DNA from: an uncultured Gammaproteobacteria bacterium | GTDB taxonomy: Bacteria; Pseudomonadota; Gammaproteobacteria; UBA6002 | Direction of reading: 5' to 3' | NCBI GenBank assembly: GCA_963705725.1 | Contig: CAVPKM010000001.1 | Location: 1-64,000 of the forward strand | Length of the DNA: 64,000 nt | Shown: positions 1-10,633 of the stretch, piece after piece | Layout: every line of letters begins with the position of its first letter | How positions within the stretch are numbered: position 1 is the stretch's first letter | Program-made: the position numbers and the translations under genes | Notes under the pieces: generated by a model | What the model saw: the letters and a program-made list of their open reading frames with translations, nothing else | Databases searched by the model: none | Told to the model about the DNA's origin: nothing

Positions 1-168
1 TAAGGCGAATTCTATGCGCCGTGCTGCGGGTAACGACCAGGTTGAATATTTTCGAACGTGATATTTTTATGCAGGAAATAAAATAAATGATTCTGACGAC
101 TATTTTTAAAGTGAATGGCTGTTTACTTCCTGTGGCTGAGCTATATTGCCAAAAACTTAGCAAGTGAT

Positions 169-1764
169 CTACTTCCTTACACAAGAAGTGTTTTTTTCTT
201 CCATATTCTCCTGACTTTCTATAGAGGAAAAGAAGGAAATTAATTGTGGAGCCCATTGGTTATTCGTGTGGTCTAATCCCAGTTGGCCGCGCGTATTACC
301 TCCAAAGCCATAGGCTGATCCATCATCACGCAAAATTAAACTATGAGCAGAACCAGCAAAAATCTGGCAAGGCCTTGCTTCCAGTGGCATAGGAATTAAT
401 TGCGGAGTAAGTTGGTCATCCTTATGTCCTAATCCCAGTTGGCCGTAGCGATTAGCCCCAAAGCCATAGATCGATCCATCATCACATAAAATAAAACTAT
501 GAATTAAACCAGCAGAAATTTGGCAAGGCCTTGCTTCAGGTGGCATAGGAATGAATTGCGGAGTAGATTGGTTAGTCGTGTGGTTTAATCCCAGTTGACC
601 GAAGGTATTACCTCCAAAGCTATAGACCGATCCATCATCACACAAAATAAAACTATGCCTATAACCAGCAGAAATTTGGCAAGGCCTTGCTCTTGTTGGC
701 ATACGAATTAATTGGGGAGTAGATTGGTTATTTTTGTGGTCTAATCCCAGTTGGCCGGAAGCATTATTTCCAAAACCATAAACCGATCCATCATCACACA
801 AAATAAAACTATGCCTATAACCAGCAGAAATTTGGCAAGGCCTTGCTCTTGTTGGCATACGAATTAATTGTGGAGTAGATTGGTTATCTTCATGTCCTAA
901 TCCCAGTTCGCCGGAGGCATTATATCCAAAGCCATAGACTGATCCATCATCACATAAAATTAAACTATGACCAGAACCAGCAGAAATTTGGCAAGGCCTT
1001 GCTCCCCTTGGCATACGAATTAATTGTGGAGTAGATTGGTTATCTTCATGTCCTAATCCCAGTTGGCCGTAGGTATTCTCTCCAAAGCTATAGACCGATC
1101 CGTCATCACACAAAATAAAACCATGAAAAGAACCAGCAGAGACTCGGCAAGGCCTTGCTCCCGCTGGTATAAGAATTAATTGTGGGGTAGATTGACTATC
1201 CGTGTGCCCTAATCCTAGCTGGCCTTTGCTATTATCTCCGAAAGCAAAAAGTTGACCATTTTGAAGTAGCACAAAAGAGAAGTCCGCTCCCCCTGCTACT
1301 AGTTTAATTTCAGTCCGCTTTTCCGCTATTTTTCTCCAAATTTTTTCATGTTGATTAAAAAATTGGCAACTGCTAGATAAGCTTTTTAATCCTCTCAATG
1401 GCAAGTGCGAAGCAATATTTAGCAGAATTTCAGCTGGCAAAGAGATAGTGGCGATTGCGGCTTCTGGTGAGAGGTTCCGTGTAATTTTATTTTGAATAGA
1501 TTGCAGTGATCTCACGCATTCATTTAAGTGCTTTTCTGAAAACAATTCCATGAGCGCAGTGATTTTCTCATTTAACTGCTTCAGCGCTTCCCTAGTTTCA
1601 TCATTTTCATAAGCATGTAGCTTTTTATCAAAATCTTGCAACAAAGCAACAAGAGAGCCCAATTCTTTGCCACTCCCGTTTTGATTGGTTATATTTCCTA
1701 CTATCTCTCTGTAAACAGCGCACCAACTTAAATAAAGACCTACTTCATTTTTTAATTCCATCAT
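169..1764 (-). CDS. F-box + 7 RCC1-repeat protein, candidate Dot/Icm effector (copy 1)
   Basis: F-box LPAEILLNIASHLPLRGLKSLSSSCQFF..IW; seven 52-aa RCC1 repeats (ISAGxxHS..G.VYGFGxNxxGQLGL); acidic tail. Confidence 0.9.
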   Translation of the reverse strand: MMELKNEVGLYLSWCAVYREIVGNITNQNGSGKELGSLVALLQDFDKKLHAYENDETREALKQLNEKITALMELFSEKHLNECVRSLQSIQNKITRNLSPEAAIATISLPAEILLNIASHLPLRGLKSLSSSCQFFNQHEKIWRKIAEKRTEIKLVAGGADFSFVLLQNGQLFAFGDNSKGQLGLGHTDSQSTPQLILIPAGARPCRVSAGSFHGFILCDDGSVYSFGENTYGQLGLGHEDNQSTPQLIRMPRGARPCQISAGSGHSLILCDDGSVYGFGYNASGELGLGHEDNQSTPQLIRMPTRARPCQISAGYRHSFILCDDGSVYGFGNNASGQLGLDHKNNQSTPQLIRMPTRARPCQISAGYRHSFILCDDGSVYSFGGNTFGQLGLNHTTNQSTPQFIPMPPEARPCQISAGLIHSFILCDDGSIYGFGANRYGQLGLGHKDDQLTPQLIPMPLEARPCQIFAGSAHSLILRDDGSAYGFGGNTRGQLGLDHTNNQWAPQLISFFSSIESQENMEEKNTSCVRK

Positions 1765-1793
1765 TTCCTCGCTGTTATTTCAGTTAAAATATA

Positions 1794-1826
1794 AAGTTAC
1801 ATTAATCACATTAAAAAAATATTAAT
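1794..1826 (-). promoter_or_regulatory. PmrA-like box with -10 element (recurs upstream of each array copy)
   Basis: Minus strand aTTAATATT-tt-tTTAATGTG-N7-TAACTT resembles the Legionella/Coxiella PmrA consensus cTTAATatT-N2-cTTAATatT followed by a -10. Confidence 0.7.
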
Positions 1827-1847
1827 ATTCTCAAATAAACTTAAAAG

Positions 1848-1965
1848 TTCTTTGTACTAGACACCATCCTTCCCTTAAGTTGCTGTGCGCCTCCTAGCCG
1901 TCGTCCCTCGCAGCTTGGACTTACAGGATGCAAAGCACTTGCAGGCGAGGGGCTATCTCTAAGAA
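1848..1965. other. Nearly invariant structured non-coding spacer element (also ~3959, 6088, 8143, 10252, 12153, 14281)
   Basis: TAGCC/GGCTA and CCTCGC/GCGAGG stems, inner TGCAA/TTGCA hairpin, GGA motifs; more conserved than the rest of the spacer. Confidence 0.55.
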
Positions 1966-2189
1966 TAAGAAAAAGTAGTATTAATTGAGGCGTTAGATTA
2001 CTCGCCGGAAAATAAGGCGAATTCTATGCGTCGTGTTGCGGGTAACGACCAGGCTGAATGAAGAGTTTTCGAAGGTGATTTTTTTATGCAAGAAATATAA
2101 AGAAATGAGGCTGGCGACTATTTTTTAATATCCATTAAAAGAATTTTTGCATGTAGCGAATTGACGGCATGCCCAAATAGGCTGCATAC

Positions 2190-2217
2190 AAAAAACCCGC
2201 AAAAGCAGGGTTTTTTT
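2190..2217. terminator. Bidirectional intrinsic terminator after array genes (also 4300, 6380, 8485, 10544, 12495, 14625)
   Basis: AAAAAACCC(T/C)GC-loop-GCAGGGTTTTTT hairpin ~60 bp downstream of the stop codons of copies 2-8. Confidence 0.8.
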
Positions 2218-2280
2218 AATTGAAGTGAATGGCTGTTTATCTCCTGTGGCGAGCTATATTGCCAAAACTTTGCAAGTGAT

Positions 2281-3863
2281 CTACTTCCTTACACAAGAAG
2301 TGTTTTTTTCTTCCATATTCTCCTGACTTTCTATAGAGGAAAAGAAGGAAATTAATTGTGGAGTGGGTTGGTTATTCTCGTGTCCTAATCCCAGTTGGCC
2401 GGAGGTATTAGCTCCAAAGCCATATACCGATCCATCATCACACAAAATAAAACTATGACTTAAGCCAGCAGAAATTTGGCAAGGCCTTGCTTCCATTGGC
2501 ATAGGAATTAATTGTGGGGTTGATCGGTGATTCTTGTGGCCTAATCCCAGTTCACCCTCCTCATTAAATCCAAAGCCATATACCGATCCATCATCACACA
2601 AAATAAAACTATGACTTAAGCCAGCAGAAATTTGGCAAGGCCTTGCTTCCATTGGCATAGGAATTAATTGTGGGGTTGATTGGTGATTCTTGTGGCCTAA
2701 TCCCAGTTGGCCGAAGCCATTATATCCGAAGCCATAGACCGATCCATCATCACATAAAATTAAACTATAACTATCACCTGCAGAAATTTGGCAAGGCCTT
2801 ACTCCCCTTGGCATAGGAATGAATTGCGGAGTAGATTGGTTATTTTTGTGGCCTAATCCCAGTTGGCCGAAGCCATTATCTCCAAAGCCATAGACCGATC
2901 CATCATCACACAAAATTAAACTATGATCAGAACCAGCAGAAATTTGGCAAGGTCTTGCTTCCGCTGGTATAGGAATTAATTGCGGAGTAGATTGGGGCAT
3001 CGTGTGGTTTAATCCCAGTTCGCCGGAGGCATTATATCCAAAGCCATAGACTGATCCATCATCACATAAAATTAAACTATGACCAGAACCAGCAGAAATT
3101 TGGCAAGGCCTTGCTCCCCTTGGCATACGAATTAATTGTGGAGTAGATTGGTTAGTGTTGTGTCCTAATCCCAGTTCGCCGTAGTGATTATATCCAAAGC
3201 CATGGACTGATCCATCATCACATAAAACAAGACTATGGCTATTACCTGCAGAAATTTGGCAAGGCCTTGCTCCCAATGGCATAGGAATGAATTGTGGGGT
3301 AGATTGGCTATCCGTGTGCCCTAATCCTAGCTGGCCGCTGCCATTAGCTCCGAAACCAAAAAGCTGACCATCTGGAAGTAGCATAAATGAGAAACCCTCC
3401 CCTGCTACTAGTTTAATTCCAGCCTTCTTTTTCGCTATTTTTCTCCAAGTTGATTGAAAAATTGGCAACTGCTAGATAAGCTTTCTAATCCTCTCAATGG
3501 CAAGTATGAAGCAGTAGTTAGCAGGATTTCAGCTGGCAAAGGCATATTGGCGATTGCGGCTTCTGGTGAGAGGTTCCCTAGAATTTTATTTTGAATGGAT
3601 TGCAGTAATCTTACGCATTCATTTAAGTGCTTTTCTGAAAACAGTGCAATGAGCGCAGTGATTTTCTCATTTAACTGCTTCAGTGCTTCCCTAGTTTCAT
3701 CATTTTCATAAGCATGTAGATTTTTATCAAAATCTTGTAACAAGGCAACAAGAGAGCCCAATTCTTTACCGCTCCCGTTTTGTTTGGTTATATTTCCTAC
3801 TATCTCTCTGTAAACGGTACACCAACTTAAATAAAGGCCTACTTCATTTTTTAATTCCATCAT
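2281..3863 (-). pseudogene. F-box + RCC1-repeat protein (copy 2), split by a 10-bp deletion near 3448
   Basis: ORFs 3435-3863 and 2281-3468; CTCCAA^GTTGAT here versus CTCCAAATTGTTTCATGTTGAT in paralogs; could be an assembly error. Confidence 0.75.
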
Positions 3864-4390
3864 TTCCTCGCTATTATTTCAGTTAAAATATAAAAATTGT
3901 ATTAATGCTACATTAATCACATTAAATAAATATTAATATTCTCAAATAAACTTAAAAGTTCTTTGTACTAGACACCCATCCTTCCCTTAAGTTGCTGTGC
4001 GCCTCCTAGCCGTCGTCCCTCGTAGCTTGGACTTACAGGATGCAAAGCACTTGCAGGCGAGGGGCTATCTCTAAGAAAAAGAAAAAGCAGTATTAATTGA
4101 GGGCAAGCGCTAGATTATTCGCCGGAAAATAAGGCGAATTCTATGCGCCGTGTTGCGGGTAACGACCAGGCTGAATATTCTTGAACGTGATATTTTTATG
4201 CGGGAAATATAAAGAGATGAGACTGACGACTATTTTTTAATATCTACTAAAAGAATTTTTGTATGTAGCGAATTGACGGTGCCCAAATAGGCTGCATACA
4301 AAAAACCCTGCAAAGGCAGGGTTTTTTATTGAAGTGAATGGCTGTTGACTTCCTGTGGCGAGCTATATTGCCAAAAACTTTGCAAGTGAT

Positions 4391-5989
4391 CTACTTCCTT
4401 ACACAAGAAGTGTTTTTTTCTTCCATATTCTCCTGACTTTCTATAGAGGAAAAGAAGGAAATTAATTGTGGAGTGGGTTGGTTATTCTCGTGTCCTAATC
4501 CCAGTTGGCCGGAGGTATTAGCTCCAAAGCCATAGACCGATCCATCATCACACAAAATTAAACTATGCCTAGCAGAAGAACCCGCAGAAATTTGGCAAGG
4601 CCTTGCGTCCAATGGCATAGGTATTAATTGCGGAGTAGATTGGTTAGTCGTGTGGTTTAATCCCAGTTGGCCGGAGTCATTAAATCCAAAGCCATAGACC
4701 GATCCATCATCACACAAAATTAAACTATGACTATTACCTGCAGAAATTTGGCAAGGCCTTGCGTCCAATGGCATAGGTATTAATTGCGGAGTAGATTGGT
4801 TAGTCGTGTGGTTTAATCCCAGTTGGCCGCAGGCATTAAATCCAAAGCCATAGACCGACCCATCATCACACAAAATTAAACTATGACTATTACCTGCAGA
4901 AATTTGGCAAGGCCTTGCGTCCAATGGCATAGGTATTAATTGCGGAGTAGATTGGTTAGTCGTGTGGTTTAATCCCAGTTGGCCGAAGGCATTAAATCCA
5001 AAGCCATAGACTGATCCATCATCACATAAAATTAAACTATGATCAGAACCAGCAGAAATTTGGCAAGGTCTTGCTTCCCTTGGCATAGGAATTAATTGTG
5101 GAGTAGATTGGTTAGTCGTGTGGTTTAATCCCAGTTGGCCGGAGGCATTAAATCCAAAGCCATAGACCGACCCATCATCACACAAAATTAAACTATGAGC
5201 AAAACCAGCATAAACTTGGCAAGGCTTTGCGTCCAATGGCATAGAAATTAATTGTGGAGTAGATTGGTTAGTGTTGTGTCCTAATCCCAGTTGGCCGAAG
5301 GCATTAAATCCAAAGCCATGGACTGATCCATCATCATACAAAATTAAACTATGAAAATCACCAGCAAAGACTTGGCAAGGCCTTGCTCCCAATGGCAGAG
5401 GAATGAATTGTGGAGTAGATTGATTATCCGTATGCCCTAATCCTAGCTGGCCTTTGCCATTAACTCCGAAACCAAAAAGCTGATCATTTGGAAGTAGCAC
5501 AAGAGAGAAGTCCCTCCCTGCTACTAGTTTAATTCCAGCCTTCTTTTTCGCTATTTTTCTCCAAATTGTTTCATGTTGATTAAAAAATTGGCAACTGCTA
5601 GATAAGCTTTCTAATCCTCTCAATGGCAAGTATGAAGCAGTAGTTAGCAGGATTTCAGCTGGCAAAGGCATATTGGCGATTGCGGCTTCTGGTGAGAGGT
5701 TCCCTAGAATTTTATTTTGAATGGATTGCAGTAATCTTACGCATTCATTTAAGTGCTTTTCTGAAAACAATTCCATGAGCGCAGTGATTTTCTCATTTAA
5801 CTGCTTCAGCGCTTCCCTGCTTTCATCATTTTCATAAGCATGTAGCTTTTTATCAAAATCTTGCAACAAAGCAACAAGAGAGCCCAATTCTTTGCCACTC
5901 CCGTTTTGATTGGTTATATTTCCTACTATCTCTCTGTAAACGGCACACCAACTTAAATAAAGACCTACTTCATTTTTTAATTCCATCAT
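4391..5989 (-). CDS. F-box + 7 RCC1-repeat protein (copy 3)
   Basis: Same architecture as copy 1; several near-identical adjacent blades. Confidence 0.9.
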   Translation of the reverse strand: MMELKNEVGLYLSWCAVYREIVGNITNQNGSGKELGSLVALLQDFDKKLHAYENDESREALKQLNEKITALMELFSEKHLNECVRLLQSIQNKILGNLSPEAAIANMPLPAEILLTTASYLPLRGLESLSSSCQFFNQHETIWRKIAKKKAGIKLVAGRDFSLVLLPNDQLFGFGVNGKGQLGLGHTDNQSTPQFIPLPLGARPCQVFAGDFHSLILYDDGSVHGFGFNAFGQLGLGHNTNQSTPQLISMPLDAKPCQVYAGFAHSLILCDDGSVYGFGFNASGQLGLNHTTNQSTPQLIPMPREARPCQISAGSDHSLILCDDGSVYGFGFNAFGQLGLNHTTNQSTPQLIPMPLDARPCQISAGNSHSLILCDDGSVYGFGFNACGQLGLNHTTNQSTPQLIPMPLDARPCQISAGNSHSLILCDDGSVYGFGFNDSGQLGLNHTTNQSTPQLIPMPLDARPCQISAGSSARHSLILCDDGSVYGFGANTSGQLGLGHENNQPTPQLISFFSSIESQENMEEKNTSCVRK

Positions 5990-6466
5990 TTTTCCTCGCT
6001 ATTATTTCAGTTAAAATATAAAAATTGTATTAATGTTACATTAATCACATTAAATAAATATTAATATTCTCAAATAAACTTAAAAGTTCTTTGTACTAGA
6101 CACCCATCCTTCCCTTAAGTTGCTGTGCGCCTCCTAGCCGTCGTCCCTCGCAGCTTGGACTTACAGGATGCAAAGCACTTGCAGGCGAGGGGCTATCTCT
6201 AAGAAAAAGAAAAAGTAGTATTAATTGAGGGCAAGCGCTAGGTTACTCGCGCGGAAAATCACGAACGTGATATTTTTATGCAGGAAATATAAAGAGATGA
6301 GACTGACGATTATTTTTTAATATCTACTAAAAGAATTTTTGCATAGCGAATTGACGACATGCCCAAATAGGCTGCATACAAAAAACCCTGCAAAGGCAGA
6401 GTTTTTTATTGAAGTGAATGGCTGTTGACTTCCTGTGGCGAGCTATATTGCTAAAAAGCAAGTGAT

Positions 6467-8059
6467 TTACTTCCTTACATAAGAAGTGTTTTTTTCTTCC
6501 ATATTCTCCTGACTTTCTATAGAGGAAAAGAAGGAAATTAATTGTGGAGTGGGTTGGTTATTCTCGTGTCCTAATCCCAGTTGGCCTTTGGCATTAGCTC
6601 CAAAGCCATAGGCCGATCCATTATTACACAAAATAAAACTATGACTAGCACCAGCAAAAATTTGGCAAGGCCTTGCGTCCAATGGCATAGGAATGAATTG
6701 TGGAGTAGATTGTTCAGTCGTGTGGTTTAATCCCAGTTGGCCGGAGTCATTACATCCAAAGCCATAGACCGATCCATCATCACACAAAATTAAACTATGC
6801 CTATAACCAGCAGAAATTTGGCAAGGCCTTGCGACCAATGGCATAGGAATTAATTGCGGAGTAGATTGGTTAGTGTTGTGTCGTAATCCCAGTTGGCCGT
6901 GGGCATTATTTCCAAAGCCATAGACCGATCCATCATCACACAAAATTAAACTATGAGAATAACCAGCAGAAACTTGGCAAGGCCTTGCGTCCAATGGCAT
7001 AGAAATTAATTGCGGAGTAGATTGGTCAGTGTTGTGTCCTAATCCCAGTTGGCCGGAGGCATTATATCCAAAGCCATATGCCGATCCATCATCACACAAA
7101 ATAAAACTATGACTTAAGCCAGCATAAACTTGGCAAGGCGTTGCGTCCAATGGCATAGAAATTAATTGTGGAGTAGATTGGTTAGTGTTGTGTCCTAATC
7201 CCAGTTGGCCAAAGGCATTAAATCCAAAGCCATAGACCGATCCATCATCACATAAAATTAAACTATGACTATTACCTGCAGAAATTTGGCAAGGCCGTGC
7301 GACCAATGGCATAGGAATGAATTGTGGAGTAGATTGGTTAGTGTTGTGTCCTAATCCCAGTTGGCCGATGAAATTAGCCCCAAAGCCATAGACTGATCCA
7401 TCATCACATAAAACAAGACTATGTCTAGAACCAGCAGAAATTTGGCAAGGCCTTGCTTCCAATGGCATAGGAATGAATTGTGGGGTAGATTGGTTAGCCG
7501 TGTGCCCTAATCCTAGCTGGCCGAAGTAATTAGCTCCGAAAGCAAAAAGCTGATCATTTGGAAGTAGCACAAAAGAGAAGTCCTCCCCTGCTACTAGTTT
7601 AATTCCAGCCTTCTTTTTCGCTATTTTTCTCCAAATTGTTTCATGTTGATTGAAAAATTGGCAACTGCTAGATAAGCTTTCCAATCCTCTCAATGGCAAG
7701 TACGAAGCAGTGTGTAGCAGGATTTCAGCTGGCAAAGGCATATTAGCGATTGCGCTTTTGGGCGAGAGGTGCCATAGAATTTCATCTTCAATAGATTGCA
7801 GTAATCTCACGCAGTCATTTAAGTGCTTTTCTGAAAACAGAGCAATGAGCGTAGTGATTTTCTCATTTAACTGCTTCAGTGCTTCCCTGCTTTCATCATT
7901 TTCATAAGCATGTAGCTTTTTATCAAAATCTTGCAACAAAGCAACAAGCGAGCCCAATTCTTTGCCACTCCCGTTTTGATTGGTTATATTTCCTACTATC
8001 TCTCTGTAAACAGCGCACCAACTCAAATAAAGACCTACTTCATTTTTTAATTCCATCAT
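6467..8059 (-). CDS. F-box + 7 RCC1-repeat protein (copy 4; ends YVRK)
   Basis: Same architecture; terminal Cys replaced by Tyr. Confidence 0.9.
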   Translation of the reverse strand: MMELKNEVGLYLSWCAVYREIVGNITNQNGSGKELGSLVALLQDFDKKLHAYENDESREALKQLNEKITTLIALFSEKHLNDCVRLLQSIEDEILWHLSPKSAIANMPLPAEILLHTASYLPLRGLESLSSSCQFFNQHETIWRKIAKKKAGIKLVAGEDFSFVLLPNDQLFAFGANYFGQLGLGHTANQSTPQFIPMPLEARPCQISAGSRHSLVLCDDGSVYGFGANFIGQLGLGHNTNQSTPQFIPMPLVARPCQISAGNSHSLILCDDGSVYGFGFNAFGQLGLGHNTNQSTPQLISMPLDATPCQVYAGLSHSFILCDDGSAYGFGYNASGQLGLGHNTDQSTPQLISMPLDARPCQVSAGYSHSLILCDDGSVYGFGNNAHGQLGLRHNTNQSTPQLIPMPLVARPCQISAGYRHSLILCDDGSVYGFGCNDSGQLGLNHTTEQSTPQFIPMPLDARPCQIFAGASHSFILCNNGSAYGFGANAKGQLGLGHENNQPTPQLISFFSSIESQENMEEKNTSYVRK

Positions 8060-8578
8060 TTCCTCGCTGTTATTTCAGTTAAAATATAAAGTTACATTAA
8101 TCACATTAAAAAAATATTAATATTCTCAAATAAACTTAAAAGTTCTTTGTACTAGACACCATCCTTCCCTTAAGTTGCTGTGCGCCTCCTAGCCGTCGTC
8201 CCTCGCAGCTTGGACTTACAGGATGCAAAGCACTTGCAGGCGAGGGGCTATCTCTAAGAAAAAGAAAAAGTAGTATTAATTGAGGGCAAGCGCTAGATTA
8301 CTCGCCGGAAAATAAGGCGAATTCTATGCGCCGTGCTGCGGGTAACGACCAGGTTGAATACTTTCGAACGTGATATTTTTATGCAGGAAATATAAAGAAA
8401 TGAGGCTGAAGACTATTTTTTAATCGCTACTAAAAGAATTTTTGCATGTAGCGAATTGACGGCATGCCCTAATGGACTGCATACAAAAAACCCCGCAAAA
8501 GCAGGGTTTTTTTAATTGAAGTGAATGGCTGTTTACTTTCTGTGGCTGAGCGATATTGCCAAAAACTTAGCAGGTGAT

Positions 8579-10168
8579 CTATTTCCTCACGCAAGAAGTG
8601 TTTTTTTCTTCCATATTCTCCTGACTTTCTATAGAGGAAAAGAAGGAAATTAATTGTGGAGTGGGGTGGTTATTCTCGTGTCCTAATCCCAGTTGGCCTT
8701 TGGCATTAGCTCCAAAGCCATAGGCCGATCCATTATTACACAAAATAAAACTATGACTAGCACCAGCAAAAATTTGGCAAGGCCTTGCGTCCAGTGGCAT
8801 AGGAATGAATTGTGGAGTAAATTGGTCAGTGTTGTGGCCTAATCCCAGTTGACCAAGTTCATTAGTTCCAAAGCCATAGACCGACCCATCACCACACAAA
8901 ATTAAACTATGAGAACCAGCAGAAATTTGGCAAGGCCTTGCTCCCCTTGGCATAGGAATTAATTGCGGAGTAGATTGGCTACTGTTACGTCTTAATCCCA
9001 GTTGGCCGCGGGCATTAAATCCAAAGCCATAGACCGATCCATCATCACATAAAATTAAACTATGACTATGACCTGCAGAAATTTGGCAAGGCCTTGCGAG
9101 CAATGGCATAGGAATTAATTGCGGAGTAGATTGGTTAGTGTTGTGTCGTAATCCCAGTTGGCCGTGGGCATTATTTCCAAAGCCATAGACCGATCCATCC
9201 TCACACAAAATTAAACTATGAGAATAACCAGCAGAAACTTGGCAAGGCCTTGCGTCCAATGGCATAGAAATTAATTGTGGAGTAGATTGGTTAGTGTTGT
9301 GTCCTAATCCCAGTTCGCCGGAGTGATTATATCCAAAGCCATAGACGGATCCATCCTCACATAAAATTAAACTATGAGCAAAACCAGCATCAACTTGGCA
9401 AGGCTTTGCGTCCAATGGCATAGAAATTAATTGTGGAGTAGATTGGTTAGTGTTGTGTCCTAATCCCAGTTGGCCGATGAAATTAGCCCCAAAGCCATAG
9501 ACTGATCCATCATCACATAAAACAAGACTATGGCTAGTACCAGCAGAAATTTGGCAAGGCCTTGCTCCCAATGGCATAGGAATGAATTGTGGGGTAGATT
9601 GGTTAGCCGTGTGCCCTAATCCTAGCTGGCCGAAGTAATTAGCTCCGAAACCAAAAAGCTGATCATTTGGAAGTAGCACAAAAGAGAAGTCCTCCCCTGC
9701 TACTAGTTTAATTCCAGCCTTCTTTTTCGCTATTTTTCTCCAAATTGTTTCATGTTGATTGAAAAATTGGCAACTGCTAGATAAGCTTTCCAATCCTCTC
9801 AATGGCAAGTACGAAGCAGTGTGTAGCAGGATTTCAGCTGGCAAAGGCATATTAGCGATTGCGCTTTTGGGTGAGAGGTTCCATAGAATTTCATCTTCAA
9901 TAGATTGCAGTAATCTCACACATTCATTTAAGTGCTTTTCTGAAAACAGAGCAATGAGCGTAGTGATTTTCTCATTTAACTGCTTCAGTGCTTCCCTGCT
10001 TTCATCATTTTCATAAGCATGTAGCTTTTTATCAAAATCTTGCAACAAAGCAACAAGCGAGCCCAATTCTTTGCCACTCCCGTTTTGATTGGTTATATTT
10101 CCTACTATCTCTCTGTAAACAGCGCACCAACTTAAATAAAGACCTACTTCATTTTTTAATTCCATCAT
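8579..10168 (-). CDS. F-box + 7 RCC1-repeat protein (copy 5)
   Basis: Same architecture; closest to copy 4. Confidence 0.9.
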   Translation of the reverse strand: MMELKNEVGLYLSWCAVYREIVGNITNQNGSGKELGSLVALLQDFDKKLHAYENDESREALKQLNEKITTLIALFSEKHLNECVRLLQSIEDEILWNLSPKSAIANMPLPAEILLHTASYLPLRGLESLSSSCQFFNQHETIWRKIAKKKAGIKLVAGEDFSFVLLPNDQLFGFGANYFGQLGLGHTANQSTPQFIPMPLGARPCQISAGTSHSLVLCDDGSVYGFGANFIGQLGLGHNTNQSTPQLISMPLDAKPCQVDAGFAHSLILCEDGSVYGFGYNHSGELGLGHNTNQSTPQLISMPLDARPCQVSAGYSHSLILCEDGSVYGFGNNAHGQLGLRHNTNQSTPQLIPMPLLARPCQISAGHSHSLILCDDGSVYGFGFNARGQLGLRRNSSQSTPQLIPMPRGARPCQISAGSHSLILCGDGSVYGFGTNELGQLGLGHNTDQFTPQFIPMPLDARPCQIFAGASHSFILCNNGSAYGFGANAKGQLGLGHENNHPTPQLISFFSSIESQENMEEKNTSCVRK

Positions 10169-10633
10169 TTCCTCGCTGTTATTTCAGTTAAAATATAAAG
10201 TTACATTAATCACATTAAAAAAATATTAATATTCTCCAATAAACTTAAAAGTTCTTTGTACTAGACACCATCCTTCCCTTAAGTTGCTGTGCGCCTCCTA
10301 GCCGTCGTCCCTCGCAGCTTGGACTTACAGGATGCAAAGCACTTGCAGGCGAGGGGCTATCTCTAAGAATAAGAAAAAGTAGTATTAATTGAGGGCAAGC
10401 GCTAGGTTACTCGCGCGGAAAATCACGAACGTGATATTTTTATGCAGGAAATATAAAGAGATGAGACTGACGATTATTTTTTAATATCTACTAAAAGAAT
10501 TTTTGCATAGCGAATTGACGACATGCCCAAATAGGCTGCATACAAAAAACCCTGCAAAGGCAGGGTTTTTTATTGAAGTGAATGGCTGTTGACTTCCTGT
10601 GGCGAGCTATATTGCCAAAACTTTGCAAGTGAT

